Assembly: GCA_043821645.1 (NCBI GenBank)
Contig: JBDRCO010000046.1
Coordinates: forward strand, 64,001 to 128,000
DNA: 64,000 bases
Direction: 5' to 3'
Source: Pseudomonadota bacterium
GTDB taxonomy: Bacteria > Myxococcota > JACRCW01 > JAFGSX01
Made by a program: the position numbers and the translations under genes. Under the pieces are notes generated by a model. That model saw only the letters and a list, made by a program, of their open reading frames with translations, was not told where the DNA came from and did no database searches. Shown here one piece after another: positions 50,969 to 59,683 of the stretch; position 1 is the first letter of the stretch, and every line of letters begins with the position of its first letter.

Positions 50969-52204
50969 GTGGTGCGAAGCCTGCTGTGGTTCGTGCTGGG
51001 ATGCATGGTTGGTGGCCTCGCCGTGGCGGGTGCCTTCACGCTGTGGATCCTGGTCGAGGAGCCCCCGCCGGTGGTGGTGGTGGATGCGGGCCCGCCATGT
51101 CCCGACTTTCCGTTCGAGAAACCGCCGTGGCTGCCCGAGACACAGGCCAAGGACATCGACAGACCCGTTCTCCTCGATGTTCCCGCGAGCCTGGAGCCGC
51201 GGGTCCAGTTCTGGGAAAAGCTGTGGGGCGTGCACGCCGACCGCGTCTACCTGCTGGCGGATCGTCGCGTGCCCTGGGTCGTGCACAGCCTGGTCGACTG
51301 CCGCTCGATGTTTGCCGATGGCGATTCCGCCGCGGCAGAGAATCTGTGCGACCGTCGCCTGATCGCGGCCAAGAAGCGCGTGATCCAGCGCCTGAACCGT
51401 CAGCGACGACGGCCGGGTCCCGAGCTGCTGGCCCAGTACGGGGGGCAGCGCAAGCTGGTGGCCACGGCCGCGCGGCACATCCTGGTCATCCAGGGGCTGC
51501 GCGGTCGCCTGGACCAGGCTCTGAATCGGGGTGCCCACGCCCTGGTCCTGGCCGAGCATGTCTTTGCCATGGAAGGTGTGCCCCCCGCCCTGGCGCGCCT
51601 GGCCATCATCGAGTCGCTGTTCGAAGCCGACGTGGCTTCGCCGGCAGGCGCGGTGGGGGCCTTCCAGTTCGTCGTCGACACCGCGCGGGAATATCTGCAG
51701 GTCGATCCCTTCGTGGATGAGCGCCTGGACCCCCTGCGCTCAAGCTGGGCCGCGGCGCGCTACCTCGACGCCATGCACCGCGAATTCGGCGACTGGCCGC
51801 TGACCGTCACCGCCTACAACACCGGACCCACCCGCCTGCGCCGCTTGCTCGGGCGTGGTCGCAATCGCGACCTTGGCCGGCTGGTCGCGGCAACGCCGCG
51901 GGGCGGATTCGGCTTCGATGGTCAGAACTACTTTGCCCAGCTCGCTGCGGTCGTGCGTGTGACCCAGAGCTGGCAGCCGCCCACCCTGCCCCCGGCTCCC
52001 CGCGTGCTGCGCATGGTTCAGCCCTTGCCCCTGGATCGCCTGGCGGCCTGTGTCGGCGTCGACATCCCGCAGCTCATCGACCACAACCCAGCGCTGACCG
52101 ACCTGGTGACCCAGCAGGGCGCCGACATCCCGCTGGGGACCCTGATCGCAGTGCCCGCCGCAGAGCTAGCCCTCGAGAGTCCGCAGACCGGTGCAGGGAG
52201 CTGA
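50969..52204 (+). CDS. Membrane-anchored lytic transglycosylase (MltD/SLT family)
   Basis: AIIESLF catalytic Glu, AVGAFQF, DERLDP and TAYNTG; LysM-like HNPAL at the C-terminus; AGGAG RBS. Confidence 0.9.
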   Translation: MVRSLLWFVLGCMVGGLAVAGAFTLWILVEEPPPVVVVDAGPPCPDFPFEKPPWLPETQAKDIDRPVLLDVPASLEPRVQFWEKLWGVHADRVYLLADRRVPWVVHSLVDCRSMFADGDSAAAENLCDRRLIAAKKRVIQRLNRQRRRPGPELLAQYGGQRKLVATAARHILVIQGLRGRLDQALNRGAHALVLAEHVFAMEGVPPALARLAIIESLFEADVASPAGAVGAFQFVVDTAREYLQVDPFVDERLDPLRSSWAAARYLDAMHREFGDWPLTVTAYNTGPTRLRRLLGRGRNRDLGRLVAATPRGGFGFDGQNYFAQLAAVVRVTQSWQPPTLPPAPRVLRMVQPLPLDRLAACVGVDIPQLIDHNPALTDLVTQQGADIPLGTLIAVPAAELALESPQTGAGS

Positions 52205-52299
52205 TGCGCGGCGGCAGATTCGAGTACAATCGTTGCGGCGAGCGGGCGGCGGTCCTGGTGTCGGGACCAGAGCCACAGGCAGCTCGAGAGAGAGGACGT

Positions 52300-53580
52300 A
52301 TGCGCGCCACCCGTGCGGTCGCCGTGAGCTTGCTGGGCCTGTCGCTGCTTGCAGCCTGTCCTGGCCCCACGGCGCCACTCAAGGTCGAGATCCTGGACTA
52401 CGACCAAAGCAAAACGGAGTGGCGTCTGGCCACGGCCACCCTGACCTCGGTGAAGGACCTCAACAACCTCACGGGGCAATGGTTCGATCTCGTGGGCAAC
52501 CAGCAGGTCGCCCAGGATGTTCTGGCCTACCAGGAGCTGGACCCCGACACCGTGACTCTGGAGCAGCTGCGCGACATGACCCTGGACCGGCGCGGCGAGC
52601 CGGTGCAGCTGTCCTACGACTTCGTCACCGACAGTGCCGGAGATCCGGTCGCGGTGGCCAACGACTTCGAGAGCCTGTCGATGATGACGGTGTTCCACCA
52701 CTTCGAGAAGGTGTGGGGCTTCGCGCACGACACCATCGGTGACAGCACCGACGCCACGTCCGCGCACTCCCTGGTCGGGTTCTACGCCACGGTGGCGGCG
52801 CGGGTGGGCATTCCCATCCCCGTTCTGTCCGCCGACAACGCGGCCTTCGTGCCCATGACCGACTCCTTCGTGGTGCTGCGAATCCAGCTCATCGACGGCA
52901 TCCCCTTCGCGCTCAACCCCGGCGTCATCGCGCATGAGTTCAGCCACCGGCTGTTCTTTCACAACGTGTTCGCGCGCTCGGCTTTTCGCAACTGGTTTGA
53001 CAAGACCTTGCGCAGCGCGACCACCCAGACCGACGAGGAGACTCGCTTCGGTGTGTTGCTCAAGGCTCTCGACGAGGGCTGTGCCGACGTGCATGCCCTG
53101 GCGTTCTCGGGTCGCACCCAGTTCATCGCGGACAGCATCCAGGGGGATCTCGGTGAAGGCACTCGGTTGCAGCGCGACGTCGAGGGTGCCTTTGCGGACT
53201 GGGCGACCTACACGGCCCTGGAGAGTGGCGAGACCTTCCCCGGGACGTCGACAGACCTGTGCTCGGGCGCCTCGGATAACTTTCACAACGCGGACTGGAA
53301 CTTTTACTGCCTGGGGACGGTGTGGGCACGGGCCCTGTGGGATGCCTCGGGTCGTGACGTCGGGGCACTGCGCCAGGACATCGCGCCAGCCCTCTACCGA
53401 GCCCTCAGCCGCCTGGGCGAGGAGCAGCTGGCGGCCAACTGGTACTTTGACTTCGAGCTGGTGCTGGAGCTGATGGCGCAGGAGGTGTCGAGTGGCGCCC
53501 CCGCGCGCCTCGGCATGCTGTGCGACGCCTTCCAGGACAAGTTCTCGACCCTGATGGGCTGGGTGACCACATGTCCGTGA
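52300..53580 (+). CDS. Lipoprotein zinc metalloprotease (gluzincin, M4/M36-like)
   Basis: Lipobox LAAC, DNAAF, VIAHEFSH and downstream LDEGCAD third ligand. Confidence 0.8.
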   Translation: MRATRAVAVSLLGLSLLAACPGPTAPLKVEILDYDQSKTEWRLATATLTSVKDLNNLTGQWFDLVGNQQVAQDVLAYQELDPDTVTLEQLRDMTLDRRGEPVQLSYDFVTDSAGDPVAVANDFESLSMMTVFHHFEKVWGFAHDTIGDSTDATSAHSLVGFYATVAARVGIPIPVLSADNAAFVPMTDSFVVLRIQLIDGIPFALNPGVIAHEFSHRLFFHNVFARSAFRNWFDKTLRSATTQTDEETRFGVLLKALDEGCADVHALAFSGRTQFIADSIQGDLGEGTRLQRDVEGAFADWATYTALESGETFPGTSTDLCSGASDNFHNADWNFYCLGTVWARALWDASGRDVGALRQDIAPALYRALSRLGEEQLAANWYFDFELVLELMAQEVSSGAPARLGMLCDAFQDKFSTLMGWVTTCP

Positions 53581-54164
53581 TCGCACTCGCCGTCGTGGCG
53601 GCGCTCGCTGCGGCCTCGCCCCGCAGTGCGGCCAACGTCAAGAAGCAGAGCGAGGTGGACGCGCCCCTGGGTGTGGCCCTGGACCTCACCGGCAGCGTGA
53701 CCGCGCGGCCCGAGCGTTCCAAGGGTGGCACCGACCCCCTGCTGCAACTCGGGTTGCGCGGGGCCTACCTGTGGGGTGTGACCGGACGCAGTGGCCCCGT
53801 CGTGGGCGGAGAGCTGGCCCTGCGCACCCTGGGCATTCCCGAGAGCGACGGCTCCAGCCAGGTGGGATCGGATCTCTTCACCCTGTCGACCCAGGCGGGT
53901 GCCCTGGCAGGCTACCGTCTCGCCACCCGCAACCTGACCCTGACCCCGCACCTGAGTGCCGGGGTGCTCAACGATGTGGTCCTGGTTCACCTCAAGAGCC
54001 CGGGGGCCGAATCCTGGCGACCACGCTGGTTGCCCGGGGCCTACCTCGGCGGTGGTGTCGTCGGAAGCTTCTTCATGGTCATGCTGCGACTGGACTCGGC
54101 GCTCGGAGTCCTCGACGGCCGCCCGGTCTATCGCTTCGATACTGGACTGGGGGTGCTGTTCTGA
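53571..54164 (+). CDS. Putative small outer-membrane beta-barrel protein
   Basis: Signal peptide, amphipathic Gly-rich strands, C-terminal YRFDTGLGVLF with terminal Phe. Confidence 0.6.
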   Translation: MSVIALAVVAALAAASPRSAANVKKQSEVDAPLGVALDLTGSVTARPERSKGGTDPLLQLGLRGAYLWGVTGRSGPVVGGELALRTLGIPESDGSSQVGSDLFTLSTQAGALAGYRLATRNLTLTPHLSAGVLNDVVLVHLKSPGAESWRPRWLPGAYLGGGVVGSFFMVMLRLDSALGVLDGRPVYRFDTGLGVLF

Positions 54165-54679
54165 TGCGACCCCACCTGCTGTCTCTCGTCGTCGCCCTGG
54201 GCCTGGCCACGGGCTGTGCGCACAAGGTCAAGGTGGTCACGACGCCGCCGGGCGCGATGGTCATCGTCGACGGTACCAAGGTGGGCACCTCGCCCGTGGT
54301 GTACGAGGAGAGCATCTTGCCTGGCAATCACCGCATCGAGGCGCGCCTGCAGGGCTACAGGTCAGCGCGCGTCGAGGTGCAGCGCACCGAGATCGAGTGG
54401 TGGTGGGTGGCCGGCGGTATTGGCGGCTGCGTGCTGTGCAGCGGGCCCATGTGCCTGGTCGGTGCCTCGCTCGCCAACCTGTCCCTGTGTCCCGCCTGCC
54501 TGGGCTGCCTGCTGACCCAGAACCCAGGGACGTTGCTGGCGATCTTCACCGCGCCGAGCCTGCTCACCGTGCCCCTGCTGAGCCTGGGTGCGCTCATCGG
54601 TGTCGCTCCCCTGGGCTTGCTGGCCCTGTCCGAGCGCTCACCTGACGTCGTCAAGCTGACGCTCCAACCCGAGCGCTGA
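54164..54679 (+). CDS. PEGA-domain lipoprotein with a hydrophobic Cys-rich insert
   Basis: Lipobox ATGC, TTPPGAMVIVDG..VGTSP...GNHRIEARLQGY. Confidence 0.8.
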   Translation: MRPHLLSLVVALGLATGCAHKVKVVTTPPGAMVIVDGTKVGTSPVVYEESILPGNHRIEARLQGYRSARVEVQRTEIEWWWVAGGIGGCVLCSGPMCLVGASLANLSLCPACLGCLLTQNPGTLLAIFTAPSLLTVPLLSLGALIGVAPLGLLALSERSPDVVKLTLQPER

Positions 54680-54687
54680 GGAAGCCC

Positions 54688-55644
54688 TTGTCCGGTGTCC
54701 GAGCCCAGGGTGTGATCTACGAGGCCGGAGGCCAGCGCCTGCTGCATGGCGTGTCGCTCGAGGTGGGGCCGGGGCGGCTGGCTGCCATCGTCGGGCCCTC
54801 GGGTGCGGGCAAGAGCACCCTGCTCAAGGTCCTGTGTGGTATTCGCCGGCCCTCGACGGGGCGTGCCCTGCTCGATGGTGACGACGCACACCTCAGCGGT
54901 CGGGCCCCAGAGCGCGTTGGCTACGTGCCCCAGGACGACATCGTGCACACCGGCCTGCGGGTCGAGGCCGTGCTGCGCTACGCCGCCGAGCTGCGCCTGG
55001 CCCGGGCCAGCGCCGAGGAGCGAAAACAGCGGGTCGATCGAGCTCTCGCCCTGGTGGGACTGCAGGACAGGCGCTCACTCAAGGTCAAGAAGCTCTCGGG
55101 GGGACAGCGCAAGCGCGTCTCCATCGCCGTCGAGTTGCTGGCCGAGCCGCGGGTGCTGTTCCTGGACGAGCCCACCAGTGGACTGGATCCAGGGCTCGAG
55201 AAGCAGCTCATGCACACCCTGCGCGGGCTGGCCCAGGGCGAGCGTACCGTCGTCGTCACCACCCACATCATGGAGACCATGGACGTGGTGGATCTGCTGG
55301 TGGTGGTGGTCCGCGGGCACCTGGCTTACGCGGGCCCACCCGCCCAGGCGCTGCCCTTCTTCAAGGCCGACGGCTTCAGGCAGATCTTCGATCAGCTGAC
55401 CAAGCGCGAACCCCGGGCCTGGGTGCAGGCCTACGAAGCCCAGCGGGCGGCGCTGGCCTTGCCGTCTCTCCCTCCCGCTGCGGTCACCGGACCGTTGCCC
55501 CCCCCGCCGGTGGCGCGGCCCTCCGGGCCTCCAGGATCCGCGTCCCCGGACCATGCACGCGAGCCGGTGCAACCTGCGACGGACATCGAGCGCCAGCTCG
55601 CGGCGCTCAAGCAGAAGATCCAGGGCGACGGAGGTGCCTCGTGA
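54688..55644 (+). CDS. ABC transporter ATP-binding protein (ABCG/Rv1747-like NBD)
   Basis: GPSGAGKST, GYVPQDDIVH, LSGGQRKRVSIAVELL and LDEPTSGLDP. Confidence 0.93.
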   Translation: MSGVRAQGVIYEAGGQRLLHGVSLEVGPGRLAAIVGPSGAGKSTLLKVLCGIRRPSTGRALLDGDDAHLSGRAPERVGYVPQDDIVHTGLRVEAVLRYAAELRLARASAEERKQRVDRALALVGLQDRRSLKVKKLSGGQRKRVSIAVELLAEPRVLFLDEPTSGLDPGLEKQLMHTLRGLAQGERTVVVTTHIMETMDVVDLLVVVVRGHLAYAGPPAQALPFFKADGFRQIFDQLTKREPRAWVQAYEAQRAALALPSLPPAAVTGPLPPPPVARPSGPPGSASPDHAREPVQPATDIERQLAALKQKIQGDGGAS

Positions 55645-56417
55645 GCGCGGTGCCCGCCCCCCGCAGCGTCGTCGGTCTGCCGTCGTGGCGGCGTCAGGCC
55701 TCCATCCTCGGTGATCGCTATATCGACCTCATGCTGGGCGATCTCACGACCCTGCTGCTGCTCATCGCCCAGGCGCCGGTGATCGGCGCGCTGTGTGTGC
55801 TGGTCTGGGGTGGCATCGAACGCGACACCGACAGTCTCTACTTCGTGCTGGCGCTCACCTCGGTATGGTTTGGCTGCATCAACGCCTGTCGCGAGATCGT
55901 CAAGGAGCGATCCATCCTCGAACGCGAGCGCCTGTTCGGTCTGTCGACGGCGGCCTACGTGATGAGCAAGGCTCAGGTTCTGTTCGTGATCGACCTGATC
56001 CAGGTGGCGTTGCTCCTCGGCGTGGTCGAGAGCCGCATCGGACTGCGCGGCAATCTCCTCTGGCAGGCGCTGGCCCTCGCGGGTTGCGCCGCGGCCGGCA
56101 CCGGTCTTGGTCTCCTGGTGAGCGCCCTGAGCCGGCGCCAGGAGTTCGCCGTGGCTGCGGTCCCCTTGCTGATCCTGCCCCAGATCCTGTTCAGCGAATT
56201 CGCCTTGCCGCGGGAGAACTTCAGCACCGCGGTGGAGTGGATAGAACGCTTCATGCCCGTCAAGTGGGGCTATCGTGTGTTCACCGAGGCTGTGAAGTCC
56301 GAGGTGGGCTACGGATGGATCGCCCTGTCGCTGGGTGTTCTCGTCGTCATGACCCTGGCGCTGCACCTGGCCTCGGTGCTGGTGCTCCGGGCCTCGTCGA
56401 GCGAGGATTTCCTGTAA
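55641..56417 (+). CDS. ABC-2 type permease
   Basis: Six TMs, REIVKER.ILERER and LILPQILFS. Confidence 0.9.
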   Translation: MSAVPAPRSVVGLPSWRRQASILGDRYIDLMLGDLTTLLLLIAQAPVIGALCVLVWGGIERDTDSLYFVLALTSVWFGCINACREIVKERSILERERLFGLSTAAYVMSKAQVLFVIDLIQVALLLGVVESRIGLRGNLLWQALALAGCAAAGTGLGLLVSALSRRQEFAVAAVPLLILPQILFSEFALPRENFSTAVEWIERFMPVKWGYRVFTEAVKSEVGYGWIALSLGVLVVMTLALHLASVLVLRASSSEDFL

Positions 56418-56443
56418 GGCCTGCTCCAGCGGAGGATCGCGAG

Positions 56444-56926
56444 ATGCGGAAAGTGAGTTTGATCGGCGCGGCGGTGGTGCTGGCGGTGGCCATCGGCCTC
56501 GCTCTAACGGCACGCCCGGATTTTCTCGACCTGGTGGGTCTGGGCGGAAGCAACGCCGCGCTACGCCGCATCGCCCTGTCCTTTCTCGAGGACATCCAGT
56601 TCAAGGATTTCGTCAAGGCGGCCCGCTACCACGCGCCGGAGATCCAGAAGTCCGTCGACATCCCCTACCTGATCGAGAGGCTGTTCGCGCTCAAGCCCGA
56701 GTTCCTCGACATCATGGGCTACGAGGTGGTGTTCGCCAAGATCGACTCCTCGGGGCTGCGGGCACGGGTCAAGACCCTGGTCAAGGTCAAGAACCTCGCC
56801 GACGGCAGCCTCAACGAGCGCGAGCTGATGCTGTACTTCGAACGCGACACGCCCAAGAGCCCGTGGCACATGAAGCTGGAGTCCAGCCTGCGCGGCGTCG
56901 ACGCTGATCCGGACAAGAAGCACTGA
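56444..56926 (+). CDS. Hypothetical membrane-anchored protein (possibly NTF2-like)
   Basis: GGAGG RBS, N-terminal TM/signal, strong codon bias. Confidence 0.75.
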   Translation: MRKVSLIGAAVVLAVAIGLALTARPDFLDLVGLGGSNAALRRIALSFLEDIQFKDFVKAARYHAPEIQKSVDIPYLIERLFALKPEFLDIMGYEVVFAKIDSSGLRARVKTLVKVKNLADGSLNERELMLYFERDTPKSPWHMKLESSLRGVDADPDKKH

Positions 56927-56934
56927 CCGCTTGG

Positions 56935-57819
56935 CTAGTACTTGGACGTCGACTTCTTGCCGGTCACGATGGCGACCGAGGCGCTGGCACCGACGCGGGT
57001 GGCGCCGGCCTCGCGCATGGCCTTGACGTCGTCGGCGGAGCGGATACCCCCGGACGCCTTGACGCCCATCTCGTCACCGACGATGCCGCGCATCAGCGCG
57101 ATGTCCTCGGCGGTGGCGCCACCGGGGCCGAAGCCGGTGGAGGTCTTGACGAAGGCGGCTCCGGCAGACTTGGACAGGGCGCAGGCGATGACCTTCTGGT
57201 CGTGGTCCAGGGCCCCGGTCTCGAGGATGACCTTGACCGGGTAAGGCCGCGCCGCCTCGACCACGGCCGCGATGTCCTCGAACACCAGGGCGTAATCCTT
57301 GGACTTGAGCGCACCGATGTTGACCACCATGTCGATCTCTCGGGCGCCGTTGCGCACCGCCTCGCGCGTCTCGAAGCCCTTGGCGGAGGTGGTGGCCGCA
57401 CCGAGCGGGAAGCCAACCACTGCGATGGGCTTGACGCTGGAGCCGCCGAGCTGCCGCGCCACGAACGGGATGTTGGCGCTGTTGACGCAGACCGTGGCGA
57501 AGCTGTAGCGCTTGGCCTCGTCGCAGACCTTGCGCAACTCCTCCGTGGTGGCGTCGGGCTTGAGCAAGGTGTGATCGATCATCGAGGCCAGCTCGGGGCT
57601 GGGCTGGTCGAGGCCAGGGCGCGCTCCGAAGCGCACCGCACCCTTGGCTGCCAGCACGCGCACCTCGTCCGCGCTCTTGCTCACGCAGTGGCCACAGCCA
57701 TGGCAGTCGCTGCACGACGCGGCGCCAGGTGCCGGTGCCGCCGAGAGCATGGCTCCGGAGAGCCGGTCCTGCACCCGGCGGGCAATCTGGTCGACGAGAC
57801 GGTCGAGGTCGCTGGACAT
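56935..57819 (-). CDS. deoC: Deoxyribose-phosphate aldolase with an N-terminal extension
   Basis: IDHTLLKP, VVGFPLG, EIDMV, KVILET, FVKTSTGF and VKASGGIR. Confidence 0.95.
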   Translation of the reverse strand: MSSDLDRLVDQIARRVQDRLSGAMLSAAPAPGAASCSDCHGCGHCVSKSADEVRVLAAKGAVRFGARPGLDQPSPELASMIDHTLLKPDATTEELRKVCDEAKRYSFATVCVNSANIPFVARQLGGSSVKPIAVVGFPLGAATTSAKGFETREAVRNGAREIDMVVNIGALKSKDYALVFEDIAAVVEAARPYPVKVILETGALDHDQKVIACALSKSAGAAFVKTSTGFGPGGATAEDIALMRGIVGDEMGVKASGGIRSADDVKAMREAGATRVGASASVAIVTGKKSTSKY

Positions 57820-57955
57820 GAGGAGACCCCTTGTGTGGCCCGGATTGTGGCGATCCCGAGCCCCGAGGTCAAGCACGATGGGGCCGGCAGCACAGTTGCA
57901 GTGGCGGGCCGTGACGACGTAAGCTGCGCGCTCCATTACCTGCGAGAGAGCGCGC

Positions 57956-58849
57956 ATGCGGGCCCTCCTGGTCTACAAGAAAAGCACCTACCAGCTCTAC
58001 GTGGTCGAGCGTCGCAGCGCGCGGGTGCAGGACCTTCTGCAAAAGGATGACCCCAGCGTGCGCGCCTTGCACGAGGCGCACGAGATCCACACCCTGGCCC
58101 TGGAGCGCGTGTCGGCGAGCCTCGGCCGGGCAGGCTACGAGGTGCATCGCACCTACCGGGCGCGGCTGGGCCGCCTCGACGGCTTCGATCTGATCGTTCC
58201 CGTTGGAGGCGACGGTACCTTGCTCGACGTCTCTCACCACCTGCGTGCGCCCATCCCGGTGCTCGGTGTCAACTCGGACCCTGGGCGCTCGGTGGGCATG
58301 CTGGCGGGGGCAAAGGTCGACAACCTCGATGCCATGCTGGCGCAGGTGCGCGCCGGTGAAGTCGAGGCCCTGGGGGTGACCCGGCTCGAGCTGCGCCTCG
58401 ACGGCGAAATGCAGGGCGTCCTGGCCCTCAACGACGTGCTGGTGACCCAGCGAAATCCCGCGGCAATGAGCCGCTACCTGCTCGCCACCGGCGCGCACGA
58501 GGAATCGCAGATGGGTTCGGGTCTGTGGGTCGCCAGTGCCGTGGGTTCCACCGCGGCGATCCGCTCCGCCGGCGGCGTTGTGCAGCCCATCGGCGAGGAC
58601 CGGCTGCAGTTCCGGGTGCGCGAGCCTTACGGCGTCCGCGACAACATGCTGCTCACCGCGGGTTTCCTGGCGCCGGAACAGACCCTGCGCGTGCATTCGA
58701 CGATGCGCGAGGGCCGCATCTACGTCGACGGACCGCACGTGCGCTTCGATTTTCCCCTGGGTTGCCAGCTCCAGATCCGGGCCGTGCCGCGCTCGCTGCA
58801 CCTGTTCCTGTCCGAGGCTGCCATCGCCCGCCGCAACGCGCTGGCCTGA
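57956..58849 (+). CDS. NAD(+)/NADH kinase
   Basis: GGDGTLL, GVNSDP, LNDV and GSTAAIRSAGG. Confidence 0.88.
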   Translation: MRALLVYKKSTYQLYVVERRSARVQDLLQKDDPSVRALHEAHEIHTLALERVSASLGRAGYEVHRTYRARLGRLDGFDLIVPVGGDGTLLDVSHHLRAPIPVLGVNSDPGRSVGMLAGAKVDNLDAMLAQVRAGEVEALGVTRLELRLDGEMQGVLALNDVLVTQRNPAAMSRYLLATGAHEESQMGSGLWVASAVGSTAAIRSAGGVVQPIGEDRLQFRVREPYGVRDNMLLTAGFLAPEQTLRVHSTMREGRIYVDGPHVRFDFPLGCQLQIRAVPRSLHLFLSEAAIARRNALA

Positions 58850-58873
58850 GCTACGCTCGCTTCTGCAGCTCGC

Positions 58874-59680
58874 TCAACGAACCTCGAGGACGCCGCGGAT
58901 CACCTCGGCGAAACCTGCGCCGCTGCGGCCCCGGGTGAGGTAGCGCGGCAGGGTCTCGACCTGCGGGATGAAGCGCCTGAGGTTGGCCACGCCCACCGCA
59001 CTGGGAAAGTACTCGAACAGGGGCGCGTCGTTGGGGGAGTCGCCCACAAACAGGAAACGATCACGCTGCCGGTCCAGGTCGATGCCGAGCACCTCGCGGG
59101 CAAAGCGGCGGCACATGCCCAGCTTGTCGTAGTGTCCGAACCATCCGTTGACGTGGATGGAGCTGACCTTGGCGGTGGCGCCGCGCCGCCGGAACAGCGC
59201 GACGATGCGCTGTACCTGATCGTCGTCGAGCGCAGGCACGTCCTCGCAGAAATCGATGGCCAGGTCGAACAGGCGGTAGGGCTGGTCCGAGGCCACGCCG
59301 GCGCCGGGCACCGCGCGAAGGATCTCTTGCTGCAGCGCTGCGAGTCGCTTCCGGTTGCGGGCCCGGGCGGCTGTGTCTAGCAGGTACACGCTGCGCAGCC
59401 GGTCGCCGTCCAGAAAGGTGGCCATCGCTCCGTTTTCGGCCACCACACCGTGCACCGGCCACATGCGCGCGATGTGATCGGCCCAGCCCGCAGGTCGGCC
59501 TGTCACTGGCACCAGGATCAACCCCGCCCGGTGCGCTCGCCACAGTGCAGCAAAGGCGCGGTCACTGATGCGGCCGTCGGTGGAGAAGGTGTCGTCGATA
59601 TCAAAGAACAGGCCGCGCACGCGCCGTCGCATCGCCACGGGCGCCTCAGCCCAGGGTCGCAGGCTTGCTGTCCTTGGCAT
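58874..59680 (-). CDS. HAD-IIB family hydrolase
   Basis: FDIDDT, VTGR, AENG, SSIHVNGW and VGDSPND. Confidence 0.9.
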   Translation of the reverse strand: MPRTASLRPWAEAPVAMRRRVRGLFFDIDDTFSTDGRISDRAFAALWRAHRAGLILVPVTGRPAGWADHIARMWPVHGVVAENGAMATFLDGDRLRSVYLLDTAARARNRKRLAALQQEILRAVPGAGVASDQPYRLFDLAIDFCEDVPALDDDQVQRIVALFRRRGATAKVSSIHVNGWFGHYDKLGMCRRFAREVLGIDLDRQRDRFLFVGDSPNDAPLFEYFPSAVGVANLRRFIPQVETLPRYLTRGRSGAGFAEVIRGVLEVR

Positions 59681-59683
59681 GGG

